A stretch of DNA of 64,000 bases from Mobula hypostoma (taxonomy: Eukaryota). Position 1 is the stretch's first letter, and every line of letters starts with the position of its first letter. Shown one piece after another: positions 1-13,105 of the stretch. The notes under the pieces are model-generated. The model was not told where the DNA came from. It worked only from the letters and a program-made list of their open reading frames with translations, and made no database searches. A program made the position numbers and the translations under genes. The stretch covers positions 29,452,001 to 29,516,000 of the forward strand of contig NC_086097.1 in assembly GCF_963921235.1 (NCBI RefSeq), in the 5' to 3' direction.

Positions 1-432
1 CCCAGAGTACTACAAGTACAATCTCAATGTTCTGTAAAGCTTCTCCAAAGATATGCTGGTTGTTAGGTCACAGTGAAGGGTGGATGATGGGAGAATCAGG
101 GGTGGGGGGGGTGGTTCTATGAACAGACATACAATTGAAAATCAGTTACAAAAAAATAATAGATTGATGGGTTGACTTTAATGGACGCCGATGTCATAAT
201 CCAATAATAAATATGAAAAATCTTCATACAAACTTTTCCATTTTAACATCCTATTATCTAGTTAAAAAGAAAACAATGCAAAACTGCACACACAAATCCC
301 ACAGTATCACACAAAAATCAGTTGCAATTACAGCTCCAATTTAGTCAAATTCCTGACAAAATACAAATTTATTTAACCTTTATTTTTGATGTTCTAAAAT
401 CCTATACGGTATTCTTAATTAAGTTACATGTA

Positions 433-1710
433 CACCCTAACCTCGTTATATGCGTCTTCAGACTATGCGGATTCACAGTTATGCCAGGAACCTATTTCTA
501 CCAACGTCTCGTTATATGCATCCAAAATTCACAGTTTGCGAGGAGCAGTGCCTTCCCGCCAATATAAGTCACAAGCGCACGCTTCACAGTCTCGCTGTTG
601 GGACGAGAAGCACCGCTTTCCCGCCAATACAAGTCAGGTGCACACGCCTCACAATTTCACTCCCGCCACTCTCGCATTGGTTTTGGCAAGGCCCGGATGC
701 GCGATCTTAAACTTTTGTTGGTTTTACCTACGGTGTAGTGATTTTGTGCTTGAAATATTTAACTATGCCTCCTAAGTGTCCAATGTCATGTCTTGGGCCA
801 TCAGCCGAGTGGCAGAGAACCGCTTTAACACTTGAAAAAAAAGTTGGAAATTATAAACAGCGTGGCATCAGCTGAAGGTAACACAGCTCTGGGACGCTAC
901 TGCCAGGAACAAAATCTTAAACATTTGGACAGCATTCATCCTAACATAACAGTGCGTTTCCTGCCGCTTAACACAACATTGCTGATTCAACCACTCGACC
1001 AGTGTGATCCATTCAAGGCGTACGTATTTTTTTTACAGCGAACTATCTCCCAGATGCTGCAAGCAACAGACGACTTTGAAAATCCCAGGAGTTTACCAAC
1101 AGTGAGGGAATGGTGGAAGTTGGAACACTTGGCACAAATGGCGATGGACATGGACCCAAGTTTAGAACGGAGTCAGCATTTCAGTCGTTCCCTGCCATCA
1201 ACCCTTCTTCTCTACAAGCAAATTTATGCTGAAAAACAAAACGCTGCCAAGCAAACAACCCTCACCAATTTATTCAAATCACTGTAATCTTCTGCTGCCA
1301 GCAGTTCTAAGGGTTCTGTGAATCTTCCTTCACCCCTTGCTGTGCTTGATGTGATCCTGATGACCACAACCATCCACCTTATCCGTGTAAAGCTGCCTGA
1401 CACCACAACAACCACTCATCTCCCGGAGCGAACACACCCGCCACTGTTGGTGAGTACTGTACACCAGAGGATGTTAACTTTCTATGATTTATTACATTGA
1501 ATATTATCTTAAGTTGATTAAATATAATACAAATGTCGCCTTGTGGTACTGCTTTTGTGTCGTATTGGTAAGAAAATGTGAATAAATTACAGATAAAACA
1601 TATTTAGTAAGCCCTCTGGAACGCATCCCTATTTTCTTCATTTAAATAACTATTCACATTATGCGTCAACTTCGAGGAACGTAACCCTCGCATATAACGA
1701 GGATAGGGTG
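433..1710 (+). mobile_element. Internally deleted Tigger/pogo DNA transposon in a DICER1 intron
   Basis: TIRs CACCCTAACCTCGTTATATGCG / CGCATATAACGAGGATAGGGTG flanked by TA; remnant FLPLNTTLLIQPLDQ pogo DDE motif and KKKLEII HTH start in ORF 832-1287. Confidence 0.88.
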
Positions 1711-1820
1711 TACCCTTGTCTAGGAATCCACCACCAAACCCCAAGACTCCTGCACCTTACATCCATTTTCAATTCCTGATGTTGAGCATTGGGATATCTA
1801 AATGAGCATGATATCATTAC

Positions 1821-1955
1821 CTCCATAATTTCCTGATAGGGATGGTCTTTAATTGCAAGGTGACATTCATCAAACACCAGTAAGTTGATATTCGAGAGGA
1901 AAATATAGCCTCGCTTCAAGATGTACAAGAAGATGTGGCAAGTCATAACTAGCAC
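1821..1955 (-). CDS. DICER1: DICER1 coding exon 4 (VLVMTCH...[23 protein letters not shown]); gene continues beyond left edge
   Basis: Acceptor ttgacag|GTG, donor GAG|gtaat; 135 nt; DECH box. Confidence 0.96.
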
Positions 1956-2184
1956 CTGTCAAAATAGAACAAGGTTTGGGAATGTCAATCACAGTGCATT
2001 TTATACAAAAAATACCAAGTCTGGTCAAGTCACGTCTCTCACAATGTATGACAAAATACACACATACAGAGCAAGATCACAATAAATTGTATCCTTACTT
2101 TTCTTTACTTTTACGAATAGGCAATAAAGTTGGCCTTTCCAGTAACACTCTGACCCTGACATGAATAAGAAAATATTTGATTAC

Positions 2185-2315
2185 CTGCTGTCCGCTGAAG
2201 TGTTTATTCCATTCTTCCTTCGCCCATGACTCAACACTTTCCATAATAGAATATTCCCCCACCTTCAGATCGGAATGGGTCTTGACAGCTGCAGCAAGCT
2301 GAGCCACTGAGGATG
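2185..2315 (-). CDS. DICER1: DICER1 coding exon 3 (..SVAQLAAAVKTHSDLKVGEYS...HFSGQQ)
   Basis: Acceptor cccctag|CA, donor CAG|gtaat; 131 nt; 163+131 restores phase 0; THSDLKVGEYS is conserved in Dicer. Confidence 0.94.
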
Positions 2316-2941
2316 CTAGGGGATGTAATGCTTAGTTACTCAGTGCAATCTTACCAGAAACACAAGTTATATCATCTCTATTTTAATTTCCTCACATACA
2401 GCAATATTAGTCATGTATGCTGGCGATCAGATTTATGGCAAATTTAGCTTACAGATTATTTCAGTGGGCTTTCATATTAACCAAAGCCACTATCCAGGAA
2501 GGTCACTGGTTTGACCCCAATCTGCAAGCCAGAAGTTGTGATTTACAAATGACTGCAGCATTCCAACATACCCGTTCTCTCTGCTTATGGCCAGTAAGAA
2601 ACCCATGCCTGATCACTATCCTTTGTTTTACATAATCATGTATCCCAAATGCTCCAGAGCTGGTATCAGTCAAGAATCAACCTCAAAGATACCTTCAGAG
2701 GCACAACTAGGCCAGACAGAGCAACGAAGATAGATTTACTTCTCTAAAGCACATAAGGTAGACTTCAGTTGTGGTAAGCATTACTAAAGCTTTTATTTAA
2801 AAAAATTAAACCAAACTGCGCTAACCACTTTCTTTGGTTAACCATTTGAAAACAAAATGGTTATTTTATCCACATGGAACTAAAAACAGACCATATAATG
2901 TGAAAGTTTACTGTTCAGGAAGTTAGAGTAGCTATACTTAC

Positions 2942-3104
2942 ATGAACTAACTAAAAACACAGTCCGTGAGCCATTCTTGTTGAACTGTCCCCTGATCTGA
3001 TGAGATAACTCCTTTGTGAGTAGCACTGCAATAAAGGTCTTCCCTGAGCCAGTATTTAAACAAACGATAGTATTGTGTTCCAAAGCTGCTTCTAGAAGTT
3101 CAAC
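2942..3104 (-). CDS. DICER1: DICER1 coding exon 2 (helicase motif [30 protein letters not shown]...)
   Basis: Acceptor ttttacag|GTT, donor |gtaagt; 163 nt; Walker A TGSGKT; frame continuous with flanking exons. Confidence 0.96.
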
Positions 3105-4319
3105 CTGTAAAAGACAGTAAATTTTGCAGTTTCACAGCAAATTATAATAATGAACTACTGTTAAGCTTCTCTCCATTCTCTACAGCAATTCCTCAGCTGA
3201 TTTCCCATTCTATATTTAAGAGTCAGACTGCCAGAGACAGAATCCTTTCAGGCATGTGGGCATGAACTTGAAGCTCTCATACCATCCCAAATGCTCCTTC
3301 ACAAGTTTGAGCCGGGAAGTGTCAAGTTATCAGGGGGTGTTGCATTTATTTAAGAGTGCTTTGAGCAGATCAATAAATCTGTACCCCTGTCCACCAGATA
3401 ATCCCTTTCTGTAGCAGAGCCTGAAAAAAAAATTAATAATTCAGAAGTCTAGTGTTGTGCTACAAGTGATCTGACTTGCTCACTGAAGCTAACTGACTGA
3501 ATGTGGCCTCAAGGTAGGGAACCTTGGCCTAGGCGGGAATGCAAGACAGATTCAACTTTATTTCTGGTAAATCTGTTTGCTGGAATATCTTTCAAAAGTC
3601 ACAAGGTATCTGCTATAGGCAGCTCATATCCGAGAAGCATACAGGAGGGCATCATTTGCTGCCTGGTAGATTAAATGATTAGTGGTAGGGTTGAGATTCT
3701 GCCTTCAAGCATCCTTCCCCCACCCCCCGCCCCCACTAAAATCTACCAAATACTGTGTGACTCACTGAAGTCCGTAAATTTCATCACTGATGTTTACCTT
3801 TACTGAGGGGAACTCCCAAGATATGGGAAGAAGCACATTTTTCCTATAGTCTTACCCTGGACATGTATTTTAACTCAATTGTCAGGGACTTTGGAACACC
3901 CTCCTCAAGTGTCTACCTGCTTAATTTCATTAAGCTTTGCTTCATTATGATCGTCCAACTAATGATTTTAAATCAATGATCTCACAATCAAGACAGTTCA
4001 TGGCACCACAGTTGGCTCTGATGCACAGCAGGTGAGGGAAAAGTCTAGGCAAGATGTAGAAGCCGAGTAGTTAATGGGGAACAGACCAAGAATGAGAAGG
4101 GTATAAAGAATCATACAGAGAAGGGCCAAAGAGAACAATTAAAGGTCGTAGAACATATTGTTTTATACTAATGAAATTGTGCAGCAACCAATCAACATGA
4201 GGTAGTGCGTAAAAAGATCAACCTTTTTAATCAGGTCGCGATCATGATTTAAAAGGCAGCTTTGCAACAGTTTCTCCAAGCCATGCTGTGACTAATCAAC
4301 GAGCGATTCGTTAGAAAGG

Positions 4320-5885
4320 GTGAATAAAAATAGCGCAAACGCAAGTGAAGTGGCCATTCTTTTGAATGTGCTGGTCTTTAGCTCATCAGGTTTGGGCAAG
4401 GTAAAGTACTGGGTTTCTCTGTTTTTTCTCTTACTTGTTCTTTCCTTGTCTGTTAAGGTAGAATAATGTAGTGAGAATGGCTCCAGGGGCAGTGTTTTAT
4501 TGTGTAAGTGCGATGTGGGAAGCTTGGGAGACCTCCAATTTTCCAGATGGACACATCTGCATCAGGTGCACCGAGCTGCAGCTCCTGAGAGAATGGATTA
4601 AGGAACTAGAGTCACAGCTCAACCTTTGACTCGTACAGGAGAATGTGATACAGGTGATAAACAGGAGATACAGGGAGGTAATCACCCCTAGGTTGCAGGA
4701 GACACGCAACTGGGTGACTGTTGGAGAAGGACAGGAAATGCACAGCCAATGCAGCGTACACCTGTGGCCATTCCCCTCAATGAGTACACAACCCTAGGTA
4801 CTGTTGAGGGGGATGACCTACTGGGGAGAAGTCATGGTGAATGAGTCTCTGACGCCGAGTCTGGTGCTGTGGTTCAGAAGAGCAGAGGAGTGAAGAGGGC
4901 TGCAGTGTTGATAGGAGATTACATAGTCATAGGAACAGAGACGTGATTCTGTATGTGTGATAGAGACACATTGCCTTCTTGGTGCCAGAGTCAGGGATGT
5001 CTCAGATCGGGTCCTGAAGAGAGATTTTAGGGAGCAACGTAGAAAGTTGAAAAACAGGCCCTCGGAGTAGTAATCTTTGGATTGCTGCCTGTGCCACGCA
5101 CCAATGAGGGCAAGAGTAGGATGATTTGACATAGGATGAGGAACTGTTGCAGGGGACAGGGGTTCAATATCTGGATCATTAGGATTTCTTCTGGGCAAAG
5201 TATAACCTGTGCAAAAGGGATAGATCCAATATCCTTGTGGGCAAGTTTGCTAGAGTTGTTCAGGACAGAATTTCTAAAAATTTCTAGAGAATTTCTACAA
5301 GATGGCTTTTTAGAACAGTTCATGGTTGAGCCCACTAAAAGATCAGCTTTTCTGGATTGTGTATTGTGCAACGAACCAGAATTGATTAGAGAGCTTAAGG
5401 TAAAAGAACCCTTGGGGGAAAGTGATCATTATATGATTAAGTTCACCCTGAAATTTGAGAAGTTAATGTCAGATGTATCAGTATTACAGTGGAGTTAAGG
5501 GAATTAAAGAGGCATGAGAGAGGAGTTGGGCAAAACTAATTGGAATAGAGCACTGGCAGGGATGACAGCAGAGCAGCAATGGCTGGAATTTCTGGAAGCA
5601 ATTTGGAAGGCGCAGGATATATATACACATTCCAAAGTGGGAGAATTATTCTAAAGGAAAGATGACTCAGCCATGGCTAACAAGAGGAGTCAAGGTCAAC
5701 ATAAAAGCAAAAGAGAGGGCATAAAATAGAGCAAAAATTATTGGGAAGTTAGAAGATTGAGAAGCTTTAAAAAAAAAACAAACACAAAAAAAAAGGCAAC
5801 TAAAAAGGTCATTAAGGAAAAGATGAAATATAGAAGTAAGCTAGCCAATAATATTAAAGAGGATACTAAAAGTGTCTTCAGATTT
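4320..5885 (+). mobile_element. Degenerate CR1 LINE (ORF1 zinc finger/esterase remnants, partial endonuclease)
   Basis: CxxC ORF1 remnant near 4500, FLEQFMVEPT...LDCVLCNEPEL...LGESDH endonuclease end at 5300-5430; boundaries approximate. Confidence 0.8.
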
Positions 5886-6523
5886 TTGCAACATTCATTG
5901 ACTCAGGGCCTTGGACTATTATTTTTTATATTTTTGGGTAACTATTTTACTGTGCTTGTTATCTCATGTGCTTTGAGCTGTGTGTGACTGTTGGTTCTGA
6001 GTCATATCTTGGCCCCAGAGTAACACTGTTTCATTTGGTTGTATTCATGGATTTTTGAATGGAAGTTAAACTTGAACTAAATTAAACTACGTTTTTTTTT
6101 TAAAACAAAAGGATGGCTAGAATCTAGAACACATTTCCAGTCGGAGTATTGGGGGAGAAAGTCTAAGTGGTGTTGGATACAACAATTAGTATCTAGACAA
6201 GCTCTTGAATTATCAAGTCATGGAAGCTATGGGCCAAGTGCCAGAAAATGAGATTAGTGCAGAAGGGTGTTTAATGAACAAGGTGAGTTGATGTGCTGTA
6301 AACTCTATGACTTTGAATTTCCCACTGGCTCTGGTGGGATGCAAACTTGTCTCCAGCTCAAAGGCGAAGGATTTTGGATAACAGAAGCAGCTTCTTTATC
6401 CACAATACGAATGGATGAAGGATGAGGAAATAAGGAAGAAAAAGTCTATATTTTAACACAGGGTACTAGGTTCTGAGTTAAGAAGGCTTTGAAAGTCCAA
6501 AAAAAATTTTAATGTTTTCCCTA

Positions 6524-6688
<165 letters not shown>

Positions 6689-6709
6689 TCACAATGCAGG
6701 TCCTCTCAT
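6689..6709 (-). promoter_or_regulatory. In-frame uORF MRGPAL* ending 9 nt before the DICER1 ATG
   Basis: ATG AGA GGA CCT GCA TTG TGA AAT CTG AGA ATG GCA read directly; further uATGs at 6713, 6729, 6734. Confidence 0.7.
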
Positions 6710-7114
6710 ACATCCAGTGTTTCTGTCATTTCATGTGTTCCAGCAAAGCCTGTGAGGTAGCCATCCAGAACAATAAATGCACTATTGCCAAAGTAAACTC
6801 CCTTTGTAATCACAAAGCACAAAATACCAATGTAAACTTCAAAATTAACAAGTACCACTTTATTCTATCCCAAATGCATAATAAATAAAAACAAAGAAAA
6901 AGGACATTCATCAATGCTAATCATAAACATAAGAAATTCTGTGGATGCTAGAAATCCAGGGTAACACACAAAAATGGAGGAACTCAGCAGGTCAGGCAGC
7001 ATCTATGAAGAGGAATAAACAGTGAATGTTTTGGGCCAAAAGTATGAGCCTTTTATGGGTAAATGGTATTAGTACATATGTAACATCAGAAAGAATGTGA
7101 TGGGACAAATTGCT

Positions 7115-7174
7115 TGTTTTTAATGCTGCACAATTCTATTACTGTAATAATAGAATTGTGCAGCATTAAAAACA
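7115..7174. repeat. Perfect 27-bp inverted repeat with 6-nt loop
   Basis: tgtttttaatgctgcacaattctatta (7115-7141) / ctgtaa / taatagaattgtgcagcattaaaaaca (7148-7174). Confidence 0.95.
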
Positions 7175-7204
7175 GGTGAAAAAAATTAAATCTACAAAAA
7201 GATA

Positions 7205-8424
7205 TAGTTTGCAGAAACCAATCTTCCACAGCTCTCAAACACCAAAGGTTAATAGCACTCTGAATGGAGAAATTTAATCTCCATCCTAAATGGTCAATCT
7301 TTCATTTTGTTTTAAATATTTCAGCTTAAAGAAACATCCCTGCACCTACCCCATTAAGCCATAAGGATTTTGTATGGTTCAATGAGATCGCCTATCATTC
7401 ATCAGCATGGTTCCAGGTTTGCCTCAACTTAGAGATAGCACAAAAATACAAGCCAAATCAATTCTTATGAAGCAGTGGTCCTTTGAGGAAAGATTAAGTA
7501 GACTGAACTTTTATTCTCTTGAATTTGGAATGAGAAGGGATCATATTGAAATATCAAGATTCTGTGACCACTGGATATAGTAGATATTTGCCCTGGAGGG
7601 GAAATCCAGGGGCATGGTCTCCAGATAAAAAGACACAAATTTAAGACTGAGTTGAAGAGTTTATTTTCTCAATCTTTGGAATTCTCTACCCCAGAGAGCT
7701 GCTGATGTTAACTTGTAAAGTACAAGTTTGGAAGACAGATTTTTGAACAGAGTTGAAAGATTACAGGAATCAGGCAGGAAAGTGGAAAAGAAGCCAATCA
7801 GATCAGCCAGAATCATGTTGAACAGCTGAACAGACACCAGGGACCAGATGAACATTCCTCCTTATTTCTGTGTTCCTATGCAATTTCCAGATAAAGGCTT
7901 CAGGGTCCAAGTGACAACATGAATTCCAGCTCTTTTTAAACTTTTCCATGTTTTTAAAAAATACTTTGGAGAATAAACTCTTCAGCTCAGTCTTAAATTT
8001 GTGTCTTTTTATCTGGCCACCATGCCCCTGGACTTCACCTCAGGGCAAACATCTACTATATGCAGTGGTCACAGAATCTAATGTTTCAATATAATTCCTT
8101 CTTGTTCCAAATTCAAGAGAATAACATTTCAGTTTACTTAATCTGTCCTCAAAGGACCACCACTTCATAATTGAATTGGTCGGTATTTTTGTGCTGTCTC
8201 TAAACTAAGGCAAATAAAGAGCCACGCTGATTAATGATAGTCAATCTCATTGAACCATACAAAATTCTTATGACTTAACAGAGATAGATACAGGGATGGC
8301 ATTTCTTTAGGCTGAAGTGTTTAGAACCAAATAAAAGATTGACCATTTAGGACAGAGATGAAACCCAGAGAGCAATTTATCTTCAGTATTTGAGAGCCGT
8401 GGAGGCTTGGTTGCTGAGAATATT
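7205..8424. repeat. Long imperfect inverted repeat, ~460-bp arms (~7205-7669 and ~7969-8424), ~300-bp spacer, built from decayed CR1 3' fragments
   Basis: E.g. ccagataaaaagacacaaatttaagactgag (7621) vs ctcagtcttaaatttgtgtctttttatctgg (7986); similarity continues outward along both arms. Confidence 0.9.
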
Positions 8425-8629
8425 CAAGACTGAGAGTGAAATATCTTTAGATATCCAAGAAAAATCCTTTCCAGACAGGGCTAATGCAAAAAATTACTTT
8501 TGTGATAATTCCAATAACTAATACTTTTCCCATCTGAAGTTATCAATCTGTCAATTAAAATAACACTTTCAATTCAATTAGTGAAAAAGACTGCACAAAT
8601 CTGTTAAGTTGTTCTGTTATCATTAATAG

Positions 8630-11140
8630 TGGACGTGAGAAGGACACCCGCATGGTTTGTTGCCTCCCGGGTGCCAGGATCCAGGATGTCTCTGACCAGG
8701 TGCACGACATCCTGGTACGAGAGGGAAAGCAACCAGAAGTTGTGATGCATGTTGGTACCAACGACATAGGCAGGAAGGAGGTTGAGGTCCTGAAGTGTCA
8801 GTTTCGGGAACTAGGCAGAAGGCTGAAGAACAGGACCTCAAGGGTGGCGTTCTCAGGATTGCTGCCAGTGCTATGTGACAGTGATGGTAAGAATTGGAGG
8901 AGATGGCAGTTGAATGCGTGGCTGAGGAGTTGGTGCAGGGAGCAGGGTTTTAGATTTTTGGATCATTGGGATCTCTTCTGGGGAAGGTGGGACCTGTACA
9001 GATTGGATGGGTTGCACCTGAACTCGAGGGGGAGCAATATCCTTGCAGGTAGGTTTGCTAGCATGCTTCAGGAGGGTTTAGTCATAGTCATACTTTATTG
9101 ATCGCGGGGGAAATTGGTTAAACTAATTTGCAAGGGGGATGGGACCCAGAGCGATAGAGCAGTGAAAGAAGTGCATGGAGTAAAGCCAGATCTAACATAC
9201 AGAGAGGCTTTGAGGAAAGAGAAGCAGAATAAACGGTGTAAAGACAAGTAAGGTAGAAGGGCTGAAGTATGTGTACCTCAATGCAAGAAGTATCAGGAAC
9301 AAAGGTGATGAACTGAGAGCTTGGATACATACATGGACTTATAATGTAGTGGCCATTACAGAGACTTGGCAGGCACCAGGGCAGGAATGGATTCTCAATA
9401 TTCCTGGATTTCAGTGCTTTAAAAGGGATAGAAAGGGCGGAAAAAGGGGAGGAGGGGTGGCATTACTATTCAGGGATACTATTACAGCTACAGAAAGGGT
9501 GGGTAATGTAGCAGGATCCTCTTTTGAGTCAGTATGGGTGGAAGTCAGGAACAGGAAGGGAGCAGCTACTCTATTGGGGGTATTCTATAGGCCCCCTGGT
9601 AGCAGCAGAGATACAGAGGAGCAGATTGGGAGGCAGATTTTGGAAAGGTGCAAAAATAACAGGGTTGTTATCATAGGTGACTTTAACTTCCCTAATATTG
9701 ATTGGCACCTGATTAGTTCCAATGGTTTAGATGGGGCAGAGTTTGTTAAGTGTGTCCAGGACGGATTCCTGTCACAGTATGTGGACAGGCCAACTAGGGG
9801 GAATGCCATACTAGATCTAGCACTAGGTAATGAACCAGGTCAGGTCACAGATCTCTCAACGGGTGAGCATCTGGGGGACAGTGACCACTGCTCTCTGGCC
9901 TTCAGCATTATTATGAAAAAGGATAGAATCAGAGAGTTCTTTGAGGAGGTGACCAGGCATATAGATGAGGGTAGTGCAGTGGATGTGATCTATATGGATT
10001 TTAGTAAAGCATTTGACAAGGTTCCAGACGATAGGCTTATTCAGAAAGTCAGAAGGCATGGGATCCAGGGAAGTTTGGCCAGGTGGATTCAGAATTGGCT
10101 TGCCTGCAGAGGGTCGTGGTGGAGAGAGTACATTCAGATTGGAGGATTGTGACTACTGGTGTCCCACAAGGATCTGTTCTGGGACCTCTACTTTTCGTGA
10201 TTTTTATTAATGACCTGGATGTGGGGGTAGAAGGGTGGGTTGGCAAGTTTGCAGACGACACAAAGGTTGGTGGTGTTGTAGATAGTGTAGAGGATTGTCG
10301 AAGATTGCAGAGAGACATTGTAGGATGCAGAAGTGGGCTGGGAAGCGGCAGATGGAGTTCAACCCGGAGAAGTGTGAGGTGGTACACTTTGGAAGGACAA
10401 ACTCCAAGGCAGAGTACAAAGTAAATGGCAGGATACTTGGTAGTGTGGAGGAGCAGAGGGATCTCGGGGTACATGTCCACAGATCCCTGAAAGTTACCTC
10501 ACAAGTGGATAGGGCAGTTAAGAAAGCTTATGGGGTGTTAGCTTTATTAAGTCAAGGGATAGAGTTTGAGAGTCGTGATGTAATGATGCAGCTCTATAAA
10601 ACTCTGGTTAGGCCACACTTGGGAGTACTGTGTCCAGTTCTGGTCACCTCACTAAAGGAAGGATGTGGAAGTATTGGAAAGGGTACAGAGGAGATTTACC
10701 AGGATACTGCCTGGTTTAGAGAGTATGCATTATGATCAGAGATTAAGGGAGCTAGGGCTTTACTCTTTAGAGAGGAGGATGAGAGGAGACATGATAGAGG
10801 TGTACAAGATAATAAGAGGAATAGATAGAGTAGATAGCCAGCACCTCTTCTCCAGGGCACCACTGCTCAATACAAGAGGACATGGCTTTAAGGTAAGCGG
10901 TGGGAAGTTCAAGGGGGATATTAGAGGAAGATTTTTTTTTACTCAGAGAGTGGTTGGTGCATGGAATGCACTGCCTGAGTCAGTGGTGGAGGCAAATACA
11001 CTAGTGAAGTTTAAGAGACTACTAAGACAGGTATATGGAGGAATTCAAGGTGGGGGGTTATATGGGAGGCAGGGTTTGAGGGTCGGCACAACACTGTGGG
11101 CCGAAGGGCCTGTACTGTACTGTTCTATGTGTTCTATATA
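8630..11140 (+). mobile_element. 5'-truncated, internally deleted CR1 LINE (SGNH esterase ORF1, AP endonuclease, RT)
   Basis: HVGTND / DGLHLN esterase; YLNARS, GDFNFP, SDH endonuclease; GVPQGSVLGP, FADD RT; GTTCTAT tail. Confidence 0.93.
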
Positions 11141-13105
11141 GTATTTTAGATAATTTTTGAGAAATTTCAGAACACCACAGGATGATCAGGATCATCAAGA
11201 ATATTCCTTTTTCAAATTTTAAGAATTAGTTTTCATGAAATTGAAAATCCTTCCCGGAGTTATACCTTCACCTATTTCAGGAATCACAGGGAATCGGGTA
11301 CAGGTGGAATATGACTTGCATCGAATATAGAATGAAACATTTGTTAGGATTATTCTGTGTTCCTTGTAAAATTCCTGCTAAAACTCAAATGCCACAATCT
11401 ATTTTACATCATTTACAAACAGCCCGAGTGAGACATCCAGCCCTTCAAGTCGCTCTGACATTCACAGCTGATCTTCTACCTCAGTGCCCTTTACTAGCAC
11501 TAGCCTTCAAATGTCCTATCCTCTTGAGATAAAAGCTAGTCCATTTAGTAACCCCTATTCTCAAGCTGTGCCCCAGACCTAAATTCCTCTGTCAAGAGAA
11601 ACATTCTTCCTGCTCATCAAGCTCTTTGGAAGTTTCAAGGAGATGGTCTTTCACTTCTCGAAACTGTACAAAATACCTGAAAAGTCAAATGTCTCCTTGT
11701 TCTGTAAACGTATCATCCTTGCTATTAGCCTGCTTAAATCACTATTGCATTTCCTCTACGTTGATATGTCAGTTGTAAGGCAATTATACTCAATACTCCA
11801 GGTATAGTCACACCAAGGCCCTATACAATTACAACACAATGTCTTTACTCCTATAGGTCAAACTATTAAACAGTAAAAGCCAACATACCATTAGCTCTTC
11901 CAACCACTTGCTGTACCTGTATGTTGGCCTCTATAGAGCACCCCAGGTCCTTTTGAAATCAATTACTACACAATTTCTCATTACTTAAATATCCTGTTTT
12001 CTGTTATATGCACCAAAATGGATAATCTCGAATTTTTCAACATTATATTCCTTCTGCTAAATTCTTATTTTCACTCAGGATCCCCTTGAAGCCTCATCCA
12101 TACTCTCAAACCATCTGCAAACAAGAAAATCTGCAGATGCTGGAAAATCAAGCAACACACAAAATGCTGGAGAAACTCAGGAACGGTGAAGGGTCTCAGT
12201 CTGAAATGTCGACTATTTACTCTTTTCCATAGATGCTGCCTGCCTGCTGTTTCTCTAGCATTGTGTCTCAAAACACCTGTGCAGTCCTGCATACATACTG
12301 GTAAACCATTATGTTTTATCTCATCAGCCGAAGTGTTGATAGAAGACATGGGAGCAGAATTAGGCCATACAGACCATCAAGTCTTCTCCGCCATTCTTCA
12401 AGGTTGATTTATTTTCCCTCTCAAACCCATTCTCCAGCCTTCTCTCCACAACTTTTGACACCCTGACTAAACAAGAACCCATCAACCTCTATTTTAATGA
12501 CTTGGCCTCCACAGCCGCCTGTGGTAATGCATTCAATAGATTCACTACCGTATGGGTAAAGAAATTCCTCATCTGTCCGAAATGGAGGCTCCTCTATTCT
12601 GAGGCTGTGTTCTCTGGTCCCAGACTCCCTCACTATACAAAACATCCTCCCTGCATCCACTCTATCCAGATCTTTCAATAGGTTTTAAAGAGATCACCTC
12701 TCATTCTTCTAAATTGGCCCAGAGCCAAACACATCTCATACACTAACTCTCATTTCCAGAATCAGTCTCATGAACCTTCTCTAGATCCTCTCCAATCCCA
12801 TCACATCTTTTCTTAGAAAAGGAGTCCAAAACGGCACACAAAATTCCAAGTGCGATCTAACCAATGTTTTATAAAGCCTTACATCACATCCTTGCTCTTA
12901 TGTTCTAGTCATCTCAAAATGAATGCTAACATTGTATTTGCCTTCCTTACCACCGACTCAACCTGCAAGTTAACCTTTAGGGAATCTTGCACAAGAACTC
13001 CGAAGTCCCTTTGCACCTCTAATTTTTGAATTTTCTCATTTAGAAATCAGTCTATGCCTTTATTTCATCTACCAAACTGCATATCAATACACCACCCTAT
13101 ACTAT

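Noticed and set aside
1821..3104. Idea that substitutions in the helicase exons indicate a Dicer paralogue or pseudogene
   Set aside because: Splice sites, exon phases and motifs I/II are intact; no evidence beyond ordinary divergence.
7122..7130. ATGCTGCA miR-103/107-type seed match inside the hairpin
   Set aside because: Intronic 8-mer, expected by chance; no support for function.
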